From positions 32,001 through 96,000 of the forward strand of contig CAXXMR010000008.1 in the NCBI GenBank assembly GCA_963663805.2: a DNA stretch of 64,000 nt, read 5' to 3'. The translations under genes and the position numbers were made by a program. The notes under the pieces are model-generated. The model was not told the origin of the DNA, made no database searches, and saw nothing but the letters and a program-made list of their open reading frames with translations. How positions within the stretch are numbered: the stretch's first letter is position 1; the number at the start of each line of letters is the position of its first letter. The DNA is from Sedimentisphaerales bacterium (lineage in GTDB: Bacteria > Planctomycetota > Phycisphaerae > Sedimentisphaerales > SM23-30). Below, piece after piece: positions 30,291-41,060 of the stretch.

Positions 30291-32075
30291 ATGTCCAAAC
30301 ATGCCGGCAGAAAGCTGCTGGATCCGACCAAGATGAAGGATTGGGAAATTGCCGCGGAAGCGGAAAAGACGATGAAGCCAATATCCGAGATTGCCCGTGA
30401 TTTGGGCCTGGCAGAATCTGAGCTGATTATGATGGGGCAGTATACGGGCAAGGTCGATTATATGCCGGTGCTGGAGCGACTGGCTGGGACACGACAGGGC
30501 AAGTACATCAATGTTTCAGCGATTACCCCAACTCCTTTGGGCGAGGGCAAGACGACCACGACGATGGGGCTGGTTGAGGGGCTGGGCAAACTTAATAAGA
30601 AGGTATTGGGTGCGATTCGTCAGCCCAGCGGTGGGCCGACGTTTAATATTAAAGGTTCGGCGGCGGGTGGTGGTCTGGCTCAGTGTGTACCGCTGACTCC
30701 TTTTTCGATGGGTCTAACGGGTGATATTGACAGGATTACCAACGCTCATAATCTGGCGATGGTGGCATTGACGTCGCGGATGCAGCATGAGAATAATTAT
30801 GATGACGCGACTCTGGCCCGGCGGGGTTTGAAGCGGCTGGATATTGACCCGCAGCGGGTACAGTTGAAATGGGTGATAGATTTTTGCGCTCAGTCGCTGC
30901 GGAATATTACCATCGGCAAGGGTGGTAAGATGGACGGGCTGGAAATGGATTCGGGTTTTGCGATTACCGTTTCGAGCGAGATAATGGCGATTCTGGCGGT
31001 GGCCCGTGACCTGGCGGACATGCGGGAGCGGATGAGTAAGATTGTGGTAGCTTATGACCGGGCGGGGCGGGAAGTAACCACGGCGGATTTGGAAGTTGAC
31101 GGGGCGATGACCGCCTGGATGGTTGAGGCCCTGAAGCCGACACTGATACAGACTATTGAAGGTCAGCCGGTTTTTGTACATGCTGGGCCTTTCGCTAATA
31201 TTGCTATCGGCCAGAGTTCGATTATGGCTGACCGTATTGGGCTGGGCCTTTCGGAATATCTGGTAACCGAAAGCGGATTTGGTGCGGATATTGGTTTTGA
31301 AAAATTCTGGAATCTGAAATGCCGGTACAGCGGATTGAAACCCAGTACGGTGGTTCTGGTGGCGACGGTGCGGGCGTTGAAGATGCACGGAGGCGGGCCG
31401 AAGGTCAAGCCGGGTGTGGCTTTGGATGAGGCTTATACTTCGGAGAATCTGGAACTGCTGGAAAAAGGCTGCGAGAATCTCATCGCTCATATCGAAACAG
31501 TTAAAAAGAGCGGTGTCAGGCCGGTGGTTTGCATCAATAGTTTCTATACAGATACTCCGGCAGAGGTCGAGATGATTCGCAAGGTCGCTGAGGCTAACGG
31601 TGCTTACGCGGCATTGTCGGAACATTGGCTCAAGGGTGGTGAAGGGGCGATTGAATTAGCCGAAGCAGTTATCGCGGCAGCCGAAGAAGAAAACCAGTTC
31701 AAATTCCTTTACGATTCGTCAACTCCTTTGCGTGACCGGATTGATTTGATTGCGCGGGAAGTTTATGGTGCCGACGGTGTAGAATATCTCAACGGTGCCG
31801 AGGGCAAGCTAAAACTTTTTGATGCGGACCCGGAAATCTCAAAAATGGGGACGTGTATGGTAAAGACGCATTTATCTTTGTCGCATGACCCAGATTTGAA
31901 GGGTCGGCCGGTGGGCTGGAAACTGCCTATACGTGACTTCCTGCTATATCGCGGAGCGGGGTTTGTGGTTCCGGTTGCAGGTGACATCAAACTGATGCCG
32001 GGGACGGGCAGTCAGCCGGCGTTTCGTAATATTGACGTTGATGTCGAAACGGGTAAGGTGACGGGGCTGTTTTAG
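30291..32075 (+). CDS. fhs: Formate--tetrahydrofolate ligase
   Basis: [61 protein letters not shown]. Confidence 0.97.
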   Translation: MSKHAGRKLLDPTKMKDWEIAAEAEKTMKPISEIARDLGLAESELIMMGQYTGKVDYMPVLERLAGTRQGKYINVSAITPTPLGEGKTTTTMGLVEGLGKLNKKVLGAIRQPSGGPTFNIKGSAAGGGLAQCVPLTPFSMGLTGDIDRITNAHNLAMVALTSRMQHENNYDDATLARRGLKRLDIDPQRVQLKWVIDFCAQSLRNITIGKGGKMDGLEMDSGFAITVSSEIMAILAVARDLADMRERMSKIVVAYDRAGREVTTADLEVDGAMTAWMVEALKPTLIQTIEGQPVFVHAGPFANIAIGQSSIMADRIGLGLSEYLVTESGFGADIGFEKFWNLKCRYSGLKPSTVVLVATVRALKMHGGGPKVKPGVALDEAYTSENLELLEKGCENLIAHIETVKKSGVRPVVCINSFYTDTPAEVEMIRKVAEANGAYAALSEHWLKGGEGAIELAEAVIAAAEEENQFKFLYDSSTPLRDRIDLIAREVYGADGVEYLNGAEGKLKLFDADPEISKMGTCMVKTHLSLSHDPDLKGRPVGWKLPIRDFLLYRGAGFVVPVAGDIKLMPGTGSQPAFRNIDVDVETGKVTGLF

Positions 32076-32109
32076 TGTTGGTGGGGCATAAGGCAAGAGT
32101 AACGGCAAG

Positions 32110-32311
32110 GTTTCGGCCTTTGGCAGGTGCGTATCGCACTGATTGATCGCCGTGGGCGTTTGACATATTGGACGCTCCCGCTGGTCGCTTGCGTGGTTGG
32201 CAAGTAACTTAACGGCGTGGTGCCTGCCTTTGGCAGGGGTTGTTTTATTTTTTGCTTCAAACCGGGGGGTTACGCACCCCGGCTATGCGCTCTGGCGACC
32301 CCTTCGGGATC
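32110..32311. repeat. Cluster of short GC-rich palindromes (REP-like) downstream of fhs
   Basis: CCTGCC-TTT-GGCAGG (32223-32237), partial copy near 32114, CCGGGG-N9-CCCCGG (32262-32282), GACCCC-TTC-GGGATC (32297-32311). Confidence 0.45.
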
Positions 32312-32457
32312 TTTCACGGCAAAGGCAAATAATGGTTTTTTTGTTTGGGAGATTTGGGGCTGGATATAGGTGGGCGAAATTGTATAATTATCGGTTGGAT
32401 ATTCCTGCGTATTTCGCATAACGGCTTAGAGTGATACAAGCCAAGGATGATTTTGAT

Positions 32458-33876
32458 ATGGACCCAAAGATTATTCATGCCGAAAAAAACGACAATCCCT
32501 GTCCTCGCTGGGCGTGGTATACACATAAAGTAGGGGCGATACTGTGGATTTTGGCAGTAATTATTAACTTTGTTTGGTTGTTGTGGTATATCGAGGGTGA
32601 AGCACGTTTAGATTTTTTGTTTGAGAAGCTAATCAAAGAAAATGTGGTTACATTAATATCTGTCGTTGGCCTGGTTGCGACAGTGGGTATTTTGCTGGCT
32701 AAAAAATGGGCAGCGCATTTGTTTCGGGTCGTTATTGTCTGGGAGACAAGTTTAATTCTGGGCGGCCTCTTACCGTTTTTTTATAATGAGATTTTGGGCG
32801 GTAATGTTATATTTCCAGAACCAAACGGAGTGATTGGTACAATTAAGGCGTCTCCTCGGCCATGGTTTGCGGTTGTTCTTTTTGGGATGGCAGCGATTTA
32901 TGTTTTGGTATTGACCGCGATAAATATAGTGTGTCGAGCCCAGGAGCAGAAAAGGGACAAGAGCAGTGGGTTAGGCCGGGCGGAGAAAAAATATCTGTGG
33001 AGTTTTTCGGCTATTCTGGGTTTGTTGGTATTGCGTATATTGCTAACTGGCCCTGTGGAAAGATATCCTGAATGGGTGTCAATAATTACTACCTGTGCCT
33101 TAGCTATAGCGACGGCGGTATTGATGGTATGCCAGATTTATATGTGGCGTAATTTTTTGGCAGTGAGTGTAGCTAGTCTTTGCTGGCTGGGTATTTTTCT
33201 ACCCGAATTTGGTAATAGTATTAACAACGCCTGGTTTGAGTCCTTTAGCCATTATTATTGGTCTTTGGGAGAGATTTTTGTATTGAGTCAGGCTTTCGCA
33301 TGGCTGCCGATTCTACTGGCAATAATTTTCCTGCTGAGTCGAAAGAATGTCAGGCCCAGAGTTAAGATTGGGGTGGTGGGGATATTCCTGCTATTGGCAG
33401 CGATGATGAGTTTTTCGCCGGGGATATTCCAGATGGATCTGGTTTTAACTTCTGTCGTAAGCAGTGAACGTCCGGCGGATTTTCCGGAATGGATGGTAGT
33501 GCCGGATGGGGCAGAGAATGTTGAGTATGTGACTTGGCTGAAGACTGAGGGATTTAATTTGGTTTATGAGGTTGAGGATGAATTTCCGTGCAGTGTGACA
33601 ACAGATAGGTTGGCAGAGATTTTATCAGAAGCTGGTTTTGAGCCGGACTCTGTTACCATTGGAGAACAAGAAATTGATGATATTGTTGAGAGGAGGGATA
33701 AGATTATTTTTCGTTGGCATGATGAGTATCGCTCAGGCAAGTTCAGTAAAACTTCCGTTGTGTTGTGGAAGCGTGGCTCTTGTGATAAAGTCTGGGTTAT
33801 ACTTCTTTACAGCGATGGGAATTCTGGTGAAGTAAATAAAAATATACTTCAAGTTTCACTAATGTATCTTTGGTAA
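32458..33876 (+). CDS. Hypothetical polytopic membrane protein with C-terminal soluble domain
   Basis: Long ORF with about 9 hydrophobic segments. AAGGA RBS before ATG 32458. Confidence 0.7.
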   Translation: MDPKIIHAEKNDNPCPRWAWYTHKVGAILWILAVIINFVWLLWYIEGEARLDFLFEKLIKENVVTLISVVGLVATVGILLAKKWAAHLFRVVIVWETSLILGGLLPFFYNEILGGNVIFPEPNGVIGTIKASPRPWFAVVLFGMAAIYVLVLTAINIVCRAQEQKRDKSSGLGRAEKKYLWSFSAILGLLVLRILLTGPVERYPEWVSIITTCALAIATAVLMVCQIYMWRNFLAVSVASLCWLGIFLPEFGNSINNAWFESFSHYYWSLGEIFVLSQAFAWLPILLAIIFLLSRKNVRPRVKIGVVGIFLLLAAMMSFSPGIFQMDLVLTSVVSSERPADFPEWMVVPDGAENVEYVTWLKTEGFNLVYEVEDEFPCSVTTDRLAEILSEAGFEPDSVTIGEQEIDDIVERRDKIIFRWHDEYRSGKFSKTSVVLWKRGSCDKVWVILLYSDGNSGEVNKNILQVSLMYLW

Positions 33877-33890
33877 TTACTTCCCGGATT

Positions 33891-34331
33891 TTATTTCCGG
33901 CTGAGCAGTTGGGCGATGGCGTTTATTTTGGGGTAGATTAGTTCCGCGGTCATGCCGAGGCAATACCATACTGGTGCGTAGGCCAGGGCGATTTGGCCGT
34001 GGAGCTGGTATTTCATGTGGGAATAGTCCCAGATTTTCAGGCCGCAGGCGGTGAAGATTCTGCCGGAGACGTATTCGACCAGATATATCGCCAGCATATA
34101 AATGATGGCGCGGGCGAGCAGGGGGAATTTGATACGCAGCAGAATTGACCTGATAGGCATGAGGACTATGCCTAGCAGGCCGTAGTCGAGAATCATCCAG
34201 ATAGAGGTGCAACCTCGCAGGTTTGGGTTGCCATGATAGAAGTTTACGACTGCCCCCATAGTCACTTCCAGCAGTAATCCCAGCAGGGCATAAATCATAA
34301 AACGCCAGAAAATCACCCGGAAGCTTCGCAT
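33891..34331 (-). CDS. Small membrane protein, putative ABC-transporter-permease family (DUF1113-like)
   Basis: F.IY..LG..LEV, LVEYVSG, WDYS.M.YQL.GQI.L motif. Confidence 0.7.
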   Translation of the reverse strand: MRSFRVIFWRFMIYALLGLLLEVTMGAVVNFYHGNPNLRGCTSIWMILDYGLLGIVLMPIRSILLRIKFPLLARAIIYMLAIYLVEYVSGRIFTACGLKIWDYSHMKYQLHGQIALAYAPVWYCLGMTAELIYPKINAIAQLLSRK

Positions 34332-34522
34332 AATTCACCTCTTTTACCTTTTTAATAAGTCCTGTTCCGGCAAAGTATAATGCCAAATGCTAACACGGGC
34401 AAAATATTTCGGATTTTGCTTTTGCGGGGATTTAACTTGCCCAGTCGAGTTTTTGGCTTTAATCTGATAAGGCGTGGAAGGGGGTAATGATGAAAAACAG
34501 GGGGCAGGCTCAAGGGCTGGTT

Positions 34523-35233
34523 ATGAACGATATTAAAGCGGTTTTGTTTGATTTCGGCGGTACTCTCGACCATGACGGTACGGACTGGTTCACTCGTTTT
34601 TATGAGCTGGTTTCTGGTAAGATCAATGGTCTTGACAGGGCTGTTTTTGATAAATGTGCCGAGTCGGCGGCGGCGGCGATAACCGCTTTGCCGGACACCG
34701 GTACTCTGTTGATGGACCAGACTGCCCATCGGTTGAGCGAGCATCTTCATCGCGAAATGCAAAAGGTCGGGTTGGGCAACTGGCAGGCTGATGAGGTTGG
34801 TGCGGCTTTTGTCGCTGACGCCCGCAGTTATCTCGAACGCAATCTGAATATGCTTGAGGAGCTGGGCGGCATTTACCGGCTGGGTTGCATCAGTAATAAT
34901 TGGGGCAATACCGCAGGGTGGTGTCGGCAGTTTGGATTTGACAGTCTGTTCGAGACGATGGTTGATTCAGCGGTGGTTAATTCCATTAAGCCGGACGCGA
35001 AGATTTTTAAGGTTGCTCTTGGGGAACTCAATCTGCCCGCGGAGCAGTGTGTCTACGTGGGCGACCGGTTCGATTACGATATGGAAGGGGCCTCGGTGTT
35101 GGGTATGAAGACTGCCTGGGTCGTGGGCCAGGGCAAGGAATGGCCAGCCGGCGGTCAGCCGTCGGCGGTGACCTGGCAGGTTCCTGCTTTGAATATGCTG
35201 CCGGAAATTCTGGGTCAATCATCTGGCAACTAA
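34523..35233 (+). CDS. HAD-superfamily hydrolase
   Basis: AVLFDFGGTL, ISN, KPDAKIF, YVGDRFDYDM.GA...GM. Confidence 0.88.
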   Translation: MNDIKAVLFDFGGTLDHDGTDWFTRFYELVSGKINGLDRAVFDKCAESAAAAITALPDTGTLLMDQTAHRLSEHLHREMQKVGLGNWQADEVGAAFVADARSYLERNLNMLEELGGIYRLGCISNNWGNTAGWCRQFGFDSLFETMVDSAVVNSIKPDAKIFKVALGELNLPAEQCVYVGDRFDYDMEGASVLGMKTAWVVGQGKEWPAGGQPSAVTWQVPALNMLPEILGQSSGN

Positions 35234-35306
35234 GCAATTTACGGTTGTCAATTTTAGCCGATTGAGATTAAAATGCCTGCGTTGGTTTTATCATAGGAGA
35301 ATCGAA

Positions 35307-35570
35307 ATGGCAGATGAAGTTGATCGTGGTTCATTGGATGCGGAAAATCTCAAGCGAGCTATGAAGGCCTTCAAAAAACGTCTGAAACTTACCCGGCTTG
35401 ACGATGAATCCACGCTGGGCCGCAGCTCCAAGGAAAAGGGCTATGGGACCGGTATTGTCGCTGTTCGTCCGCCGAACCAGTATCCTCAGCAAATTTGGGA
35501 CAAATTAGAGGAAATGGGCAAGCTCCAGCGTGCCGGCCAGGGACTATACCAGTTGCCGCCGCAACATTGA
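35307..35570 (+). CDS. Small conserved-looking hypothetical protein
   Basis: AGGAG RBS. LKRAMKAFKKRLKLTRLDDES..G...IVAVRPPNQYP pattern. Upstream TTGTCA-17-TAAAAT promoter. Confidence 0.7.
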   Translation: MADEVDRGSLDAENLKRAMKAFKKRLKLTRLDDESTLGRSSKEKGYGTGIVAVRPPNQYPQQIWDKLEEMGKLQRAGQGLYQLPPQH

Positions 35571-35582
35571 TAAGGTTTTGTT

Positions 35583-36245
35583 ATGATAATTCAGTCTGGT
35601 AGTAAACTGCTTTTTATTGGCGATTCAATTACCGACTGTAATCGCGCTTTGCCGGTTGGCGAAGGTATCTCGCCCGGTGCGATGTATAATTCCTGGGGTA
35701 GCGGTTACGTAAATCTTGCCGGCGGTCTTATCTCCGCGGCGTATCCCGAACATAAAATCCGAATTGTCAATATGGGTATCAGCGGCAATACTGTCCGCGA
35801 TCTGCGCGGCCGCTGGCAAAGCGATGTGCTGGACCATAAACCTGACTGGCTTTCAATCAAGATTGGAATCAATGATGTCTGGCGGCAGTTCGATTCACCG
35901 CTCCAGCCGGAAATGCATGTCTCTTTAGAAGAATACGAAAAAACTCTCGAAGGTCTTGTCGCTAAGACCACCCCGCATCTGAAGGGCCTGATTCTTATGA
36001 CTCCATATTTCATCGAGCCTAACCCCAAAGATGCCATGCGAGCTATGATGGATAAGTATGGAGCTGTTGTCAAAAAAATCGCAGCCCAATATAATGCCAT
36101 TCTGGTCGATACCCAGGCAGCCTTTGATTTGTCGCTGGAGAACCATCATCCGACAGATTTAGCCTGGGACCGTGTCCATCCGAACACCACGGGGCACATG
36201 ATTATTGCCCGGACCTTGCTTAAAGCTCTTGATTTTCAATGGTGA
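35583..36245 (+). CDS. SGNH/GDSL hydrolase (esterase)
   Basis: FIGDSITD, NMGISGN, IGIND, DRVHP. Confidence 0.92.
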   Translation: MIIQSGSKLLFIGDSITDCNRALPVGEGISPGAMYNSWGSGYVNLAGGLISAAYPEHKIRIVNMGISGNTVRDLRGRWQSDVLDHKPDWLSIKIGINDVWRQFDSPLQPEMHVSLEEYEKTLEGLVAKTTPHLKGLILMTPYFIEPNPKDAMRAMMDKYGAVVKKIAAQYNAILVDTQAAFDLSLENHHPTDLAWDRVHPNTTGHMIIARTLLKALDFQW

Positions 36246-36285
36246 ATGCCCCCTCAGGCAGAGGAATTTCACTCCGGTCCATTTT

Positions 36286-36711
36286 TTATTCGACTATTCC
36301 GCCCAGGCTTTTGATGACCTTTTCGACCTGGCCGATTTCTATGATTCTCAGGCCGAAATGTTCACCGATTTTAACTGGTTGGCCCAGGCCGATGGTGTGA
36401 TTATTCACCATTAGGTCAACGTGCTGATATGCGTCTTTGTCAAACTGTACCACACTGCCGACTTTGAGCTGAAGCACCCGCGAAAGGGTCATTTTTTTCT
36501 GGGCCAGCTTGACAATCACCGGGACCGGCATCGAGAGCAACTGTTCCAGAACCTTCTGGCGATCGACTGGTTGGGCCGCAGTTGCTTCGGGGGCCTCGGC
36601 TGGACTGAAATCCTCCGAGATGGTGTCTTCGGCCTTATCGGACTCGGCAGAAGCTGTTTCCGGCTCTGGCTCGGTCAGATTTTCAACTTTTTCCTCTGTT
36701 TCGGTCGTCAT
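36286..36711 (-). CDS. fliN: Flagellar motor switch FliN-like protein (SpoA domain)
   Basis: LLSMPVPV.VKL...M....L.L..GSVV.F, VDLMVN...IG.G..V..GEHFGLRI.EI. Confidence 0.78.
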   Translation of the reverse strand: MTTETEEKVENLTEPEPETASAESDKAEDTISEDFSPAEAPEATAAQPVDRQKVLEQLLSMPVPVIVKLAQKKMTLSRVLQLKVGSVVQFDKDAYQHVDLMVNNHTIGLGQPVKIGEHFGLRIIEIGQVEKVIKSLGGIVE

Positions 36712-36800
36712 ATCTCGAAAAAACCTAACTATGTTCTAATAAACACCTTAGAGGCCCATAAATCCTCGCAGGCGCAGGGACACTATGGCCCTTTCCTATA

Positions 36801-36828
36801 ATATCGACTATAATAGATTTATACTACA
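36801..36828 (-). promoter_or_regulatory. Possible sigma28-like promoter upstream of fliN
   Basis: Minus strand TGTA-N16-GTCGATAT. Weak -35. Confidence 0.4.
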
Positions 36829-36966
36829 AGGAAATACCTTTCAGGCTATTGACAGGCAATGGGCGTTGTTCTATCATCTGTTGGGCAGGCAGATAAGAAG
36901 AAGTTGTTAAAGTGGCTCTCTCCGCCGCGAAAGAGCTGAAGATGCCTCAAATTGAAGGATGAACAA

Positions 36967-37350
36967 ATGGCAAACCTCCAAGACAAAGTTATCCTGATTG
37001 TCGATGATGACCAGGATTTTCTCATGGCGATGCGGACGGCCCTGGAAGAGCTGGGCGTCAAGATTCAGACTGCCGTAAATGGCAATACCGCCGTTGAGAT
37101 GATTCTCTCCGACCCGCCGGACCTGGTGGTACTTGACCAGATGCTGCCCGGTCGCAGCGGATTTCTAGTACTCGAAAAAATCAGGCCGCTACGCAAAGAA
37201 ACCGGCAAGCCCCCGGTTATTATGGTTACAGCTAACCCCGGACAGAGGCATAAAGTCTACGCTGAAACGCTGGGCGTTGATGTCTATCTCAATAAACCCT
37301 TCCGGATGGAAAAGCTTACCAAAGCGGCAGAAGAACTTATCAGCAAGTAA
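36967..37350 (+). CDS. Single-domain response regulator (receiver)
   Basis: ILIVDDD, DLVVLDQMLP, VTA, KPF. Confidence 0.92.
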   Translation: MANLQDKVILIVDDDQDFLMAMRTALEELGVKIQTAVNGNTAVEMILSDPPDLVVLDQMLPGRSGFLVLEKIRPLRKETGKPPVIMVTANPGQRHKVYAETLGVDVYLNKPFRMEKLTKAAEELISK

Positions 37351-37375
37351 TTTACCATGAAGCTGATTAGCGTAT

Positions 37376-37408
37376 GAAGAGCGGCTGAAAAGGTCGCTCT
37401 TTATTTTG
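37376..37408. terminator. Terminator hairpin between convergent genes
   Basis: AAGAGCGGCT-GAAA-AGGTCGCTCTT followed by TATTTT. Confidence 0.6.
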
Positions 37409-37418
37409 CGCCCAACCC

Positions 37419-37910
37419 TTAGCTTAATTTTTCCAGTAATTGGTCAAAAAGAAGTTGCAGCTGATTGAGTTTTTGGTTTTTAGGACTAAAAAGCGGAAAA
37501 TCAAAATCAACCGGGGCTGTAATATCACCGTTATTATCCTTCCACGGATATTCTGGGTTCGGTCTTTCCTGGCCCGCCAGAGCCGGGGCGAGTTTTTCGA
37601 CCATATCAGCCATCGGCAGAAGACTGTCTATCATATTTCGAAAGGCTGTTTTGTTACTACCATACCCCAACATGTTACAAATTTCCGGCCTGCCCTTTAT
37701 GACTCTCAGGCATGAAACAAAAGCTGTATGAGTCATTTTGGGTGCATTTGAGGAATCTGCTTCACTGCAAAGAAAACCCTTTGAGAACTTCTCGGTGGCC
37801 ATTTGCAAATAATGGAGCTGGTGAGAACATCCTGCCCCCTGTCGATTCAATAATTTGCGTATTTCATTGTCATCTCGGGCCTGCCTCAAAAAAGCTTCAC
37901 GCCACTTCAT
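37419..37910 (-). CDS. HEPN-like helical protein
   Basis: MKWREAFLRQARDD...LHYLQMATEKFSKG resembles the HEPN QQxxEKxLKA helix. KMTH and NPEYPW also present. Confidence 0.55.
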   Translation of the reverse strand: MKWREAFLRQARDDNEIRKLLNRQGAGCSHQLHYLQMATEKFSKGFLCSEADSSNAPKMTHTAFVSCLRVIKGRPEICNMLGYGSNKTAFRNMIDSLLPMADMVEKLAPALAGQERPNPEYPWKDNNGDITAPVDFDFPLFSPKNQKLNQLQLLFDQLLEKLS

Positions 37911-38214
37911 TGCTCTTCTCCCACAATACCACCGCAGCGTCCCAGCTGCCCCAACTGTCCGGTAAATCAGCCTTTTTGTCATCAACGGGACTTAGCAGAG
38001 CTATCGCCGAAGGGAAAAAGATGTCTTCATTGGGAGCCTCGCGGAAATACATGGGATAGGCTTTTCCATCGGAACTGACCGGCATTTCCTCCAGCAGTTC
38101 TACCAGCCGAACCTCGTTATTGTCCCTAAACCAATATATTTTGCAAATACTTGGTTCTGCCTTGCGATTTTCACGGGCAAGATATTTAGCTTGTTCTTCG
38201 ATTTTTGTGGACAT
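37897..38214 (-). CDS. Small protein, degenerate minimal-nucleotidyltransferase (MNT)-like partner
   Basis: 105 aa, ICKIYWF at the position of the MNT IxLFGS strand. Overlaps the downstream HEPN-like gene by 14 bp. Confidence 0.5.
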   Translation of the reverse strand: MSTKIEEQAKYLARENRKAEPSICKIYWFRDNNEVRLVELLEEMPVSSDGKAYPMYFREAPNEDIFFPSAIALLSPVDDKKADLPDSWGSWDAAVVLWEKSNEVA

Positions 38215-38477
38215 TCTGGTAAACCTCGGCTAAAGACCATTTATTCAGCCATTTCTGCTATAAATTTACGAGATATTTGGAATTTTTGCAAATAAATAAT
38301 CATACTTCACTGCCAGCCTCTTTGCTCAAAAGAATTATTGCCGTAACCCCATACTCCGGTTACAATAACCCGACTTGAGACAGCGTCCCTGAAGTTGCCT
38401 TAGCCCCGGTGGGGCAGTAGGCGGTTGGTGATGGCATAACTACCCTATAATAAAAGATTTACAGGACATCAAAACCG

Positions 38478-41060
38478 GTGACCGAAGAACCACAAAAAAT
38501 TGCTGAACGGATAGAAGATCTTTCGATTCTGGACGAGCTAAAGGATTCATACTTAAATTACGCCATGAGCGTTATTATCAGCCGGGCTCTGCCCGATGTG
38601 CGGGACGGGCTCAAGCCCTCTCAGCGGCGCATTCTGGTGGCTATGAACGACCTCAACCTCGGTCCCCGCAGTAAACATCGTAAATGTGCCAAGATCGCCG
38701 GTGATACTTCTGGTAACTACCATCCTCACGGCGAAGCGGTTGTATACCCAACTCTGGTTCGCATGGGGCAGAGCTGGAATATGTCGGTGCCGCTGATAAA
38801 TCCGCAGGGTAATTTCGGTTCGATTGACGGAGATCCTCCGGCTGCTATGCGTTATACCGAAGCACGCATGACAGAAGCCGCGGCGGATTTGCTCACCGAT
38901 TTGAACCGCGAGACGGTTGACTTGGCACCCAACTACGACGAAACCATGACCGAGCCGGTCGTGCTGCCCTCGAAATTTCCTAATCTGCTGGTCAACGGCA
39001 GTGTCGGTATCGCTGTAGGTATGGCCACCAGCATACCGCCTCACAATCCCGGTGAAGTATGTGAAGCTTTGTTGAAAGTTATCGACAATCCCAAGTGTAC
39101 ATTAGCTGAGATTATGGAAGTCATGCCCGGACCGGATTTCCCCACCGGAGGCATCATTTGCGGGCGTAAGGGGATTTATGACGGATACACCACCGGCAGA
39201 GGCAATTTAACTCTTCGGGCCAAGATTCATCAGGAGACCACCTCAAAAGGCCGCGAGCTGATTATTGTGGACGAAATTCCCTATCAAACTGTCAAGGCCC
39301 ATATCGTTACCAAGATTGCCGATTGTGTGACCAACGGTAATATCCCCGAAATATCCGATGTTCGTGACGAATCAGACCGCAACGGTATGCGTGTCGTTGT
39401 CGAGCTCAAAAAAGATGCTGACCCGGATATCATTATCAACCAGCTTTACAAATATACACCTCTGCAAAACACTTTCAGCATAATCAATATTGCCCTGGTC
39501 AAAAATCGGCCTCTGACACTCGACATTATCCAGATGCTCCGGCTTTTCATTGAGCACCGTAAAGATGTTATTCGCCGCCGTACGCGTTTTCTGCTTCGCA
39601 AAGCTCGTGCCCGTGCCCATATTGTCGAGGGTCTGCTCCTGGCCCAGAGTGATATTGACGAAATCATTCGTATTATTCGCCAGAGTCCCGATGTGCCCGC
39701 CGCCAGGGCTGCCTTGATGGCCAAGCCCCTGCGACTTATCGAGCAGGAAACGCTCAGGCACATTCTGCCCGAAGCATTTGTCACCGAAAAAACCCGGAAC
39801 GACCAGTTCCTCTCTGGTCCCCAGGCCGACGCTATTCTCGCCATGCAGCTGCAGCGGCTTACCGGGCTGGAAATCGAAAAACTTGCCAGAGAATATGCTG
39901 CCCTGGTTGAAGAAATTGGGGGTTATGAAGCCATTCTTCACCAGGAAGAGCTGCTGCTGGACATCATTCGTGAAGACATTTACGAAATCAAAGAAAAATA
40001 CAAAGTCAAACGCCGCACAGAAATTTCCGCTGACGTTATGGAATTTGATATGGACGACCTTATCGCAGAAGAAGAAGTCGTCGTTACCATCAGTCACGAT
40101 GGCTATATCAAGCGTATGCCTATCGACACCTATCGTTGTCAGGGTCGCGGCGGTCGCGGCATCATTGGTTCGGATACCAAGGACAACGATTTTATCGAAC
40201 ATCTTTTCATTGCCGGCACCCATGATTATCTTTGCTGCTTTACAAACCAGGGACGCTGCTACTGGCAGAGAGTTTACGGGATTCCGTCGCTTACCCGCCA
40301 AAGCAGAGGTCGCAACATAGCCAATCTGCTCAACTTTGAGAAAGACGAAAAAATCGCCGAAATCCAGCCGGTCAGAGATTTCGACGACCGTATGCTGGTA
40401 CTCGCCACCCGCGACGGTTACATCAAAAAAACGCCGCTGTCAGCCTTCGGTAATATTCGCAAGGCCGGTATTATAGCCATCACTATTGAGGACGGAGACG
40501 TCGTTATTGGTGCCCGTGTTACCGGCGGCGAAGACGAAATCGTACTTGGTACCGCCGACGGGCTGGCCATCAGATTTTCCGAAAAAGATGTCCGACCCAT
40601 GGGCAGAACCGCTCGCGGCGTAAGAGGTATCAGGCTCGGCAAGGATGATGAAGTCGTCGATATGGTTATCACTCAGTCCGGCTCAAGTCTGCTGACCGTT
40701 TGCGAAAAAGGCTTCGGCAAACGCACCGCCCTTGAGGACTATCGCGTTCAGCATCGCGGCGGTAAAGGCATCATCAATATCAAGACTACTGAGCGAAATG
40801 GTCGGGTCGTCGCTTTGAAATCCGTAAACCCCGAAGACGACCTGATGCTCATCACCGGCAACGGTATCATCATCCGTACCGGCCTGAGCGAACTGCGTGA
40901 CATTGGACGTAATACCCAGGGGGTAAAACTTATTCGTGTTGATGAAGGCGACAAACTTGTCGCCGTTGCCCGTGTGCCTCATGACGATGATGATGATGAA
41001 AATGGTGAGGAGCAAACCGAAAACACCACCCCGGAATCAACCGATAACCAGGAGTCGTAA
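38478..41060 (+). CDS. gyrA: DNA gyrase subunit A
   Basis: [32 protein letters not shown] (catalytic Tyr), GyrA-box QGRGGRG, C-terminal pinwheel repeats, acidic tail. Confidence 0.97.
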   Translation: MTEEPQKIAERIEDLSILDELKDSYLNYAMSVIISRALPDVRDGLKPSQRRILVAMNDLNLGPRSKHRKCAKIAGDTSGNYHPHGEAVVYPTLVRMGQSWNMSVPLINPQGNFGSIDGDPPAAMRYTEARMTEAAADLLTDLNRETVDLAPNYDETMTEPVVLPSKFPNLLVNGSVGIAVGMATSIPPHNPGEVCEALLKVIDNPKCTLAEIMEVMPGPDFPTGGIICGRKGIYDGYTTGRGNLTLRAKIHQETTSKGRELIIVDEIPYQTVKAHIVTKIADCVTNGNIPEISDVRDESDRNGMRVVVELKKDADPDIIINQLYKYTPLQNTFSIINIALVKNRPLTLDIIQMLRLFIEHRKDVIRRRTRFLLRKARARAHIVEGLLLAQSDIDEIIRIIRQSPDVPAARAALMAKPLRLIEQETLRHILPEAFVTEKTRNDQFLSGPQADAILAMQLQRLTGLEIEKLAREYAALVEEIGGYEAILHQEELLLDIIREDIYEIKEKYKVKRRTEISADVMEFDMDDLIAEEEVVVTISHDGYIKRMPIDTYRCQGRGGRGIIGSDTKDNDFIEHLFIAGTHDYLCCFTNQGRCYWQRVYGIPSLTRQSRGRNIANLLNFEKDEKIAEIQPVRDFDDRMLVLATRDGYIKKTPLSAFGNIRKAGIIAITIEDGDVVIGARVTGGEDEIVLGTADGLAIRFSEKDVRPMGRTARGVRGIRLGKDDEVVDMVITQSGSSLLTVCEKGFGKRTALEDYRVQHRGGKGIINIKTTERNGRVVALKSVNPEDDLMLITGNGIIIRTGLSELRDIGRNTQGVKLIRVDEGDKLVAVARVPHDDDDDENGEEQTENTTPESTDNQES

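Noticed and set aside
38370..38470. Hairpin in the gyrA leader as a riboswitch
   Set aside because: Only a single stem (GCCCC-GGT-GGGGC) was seen, with no recognisable aptamer consensus.
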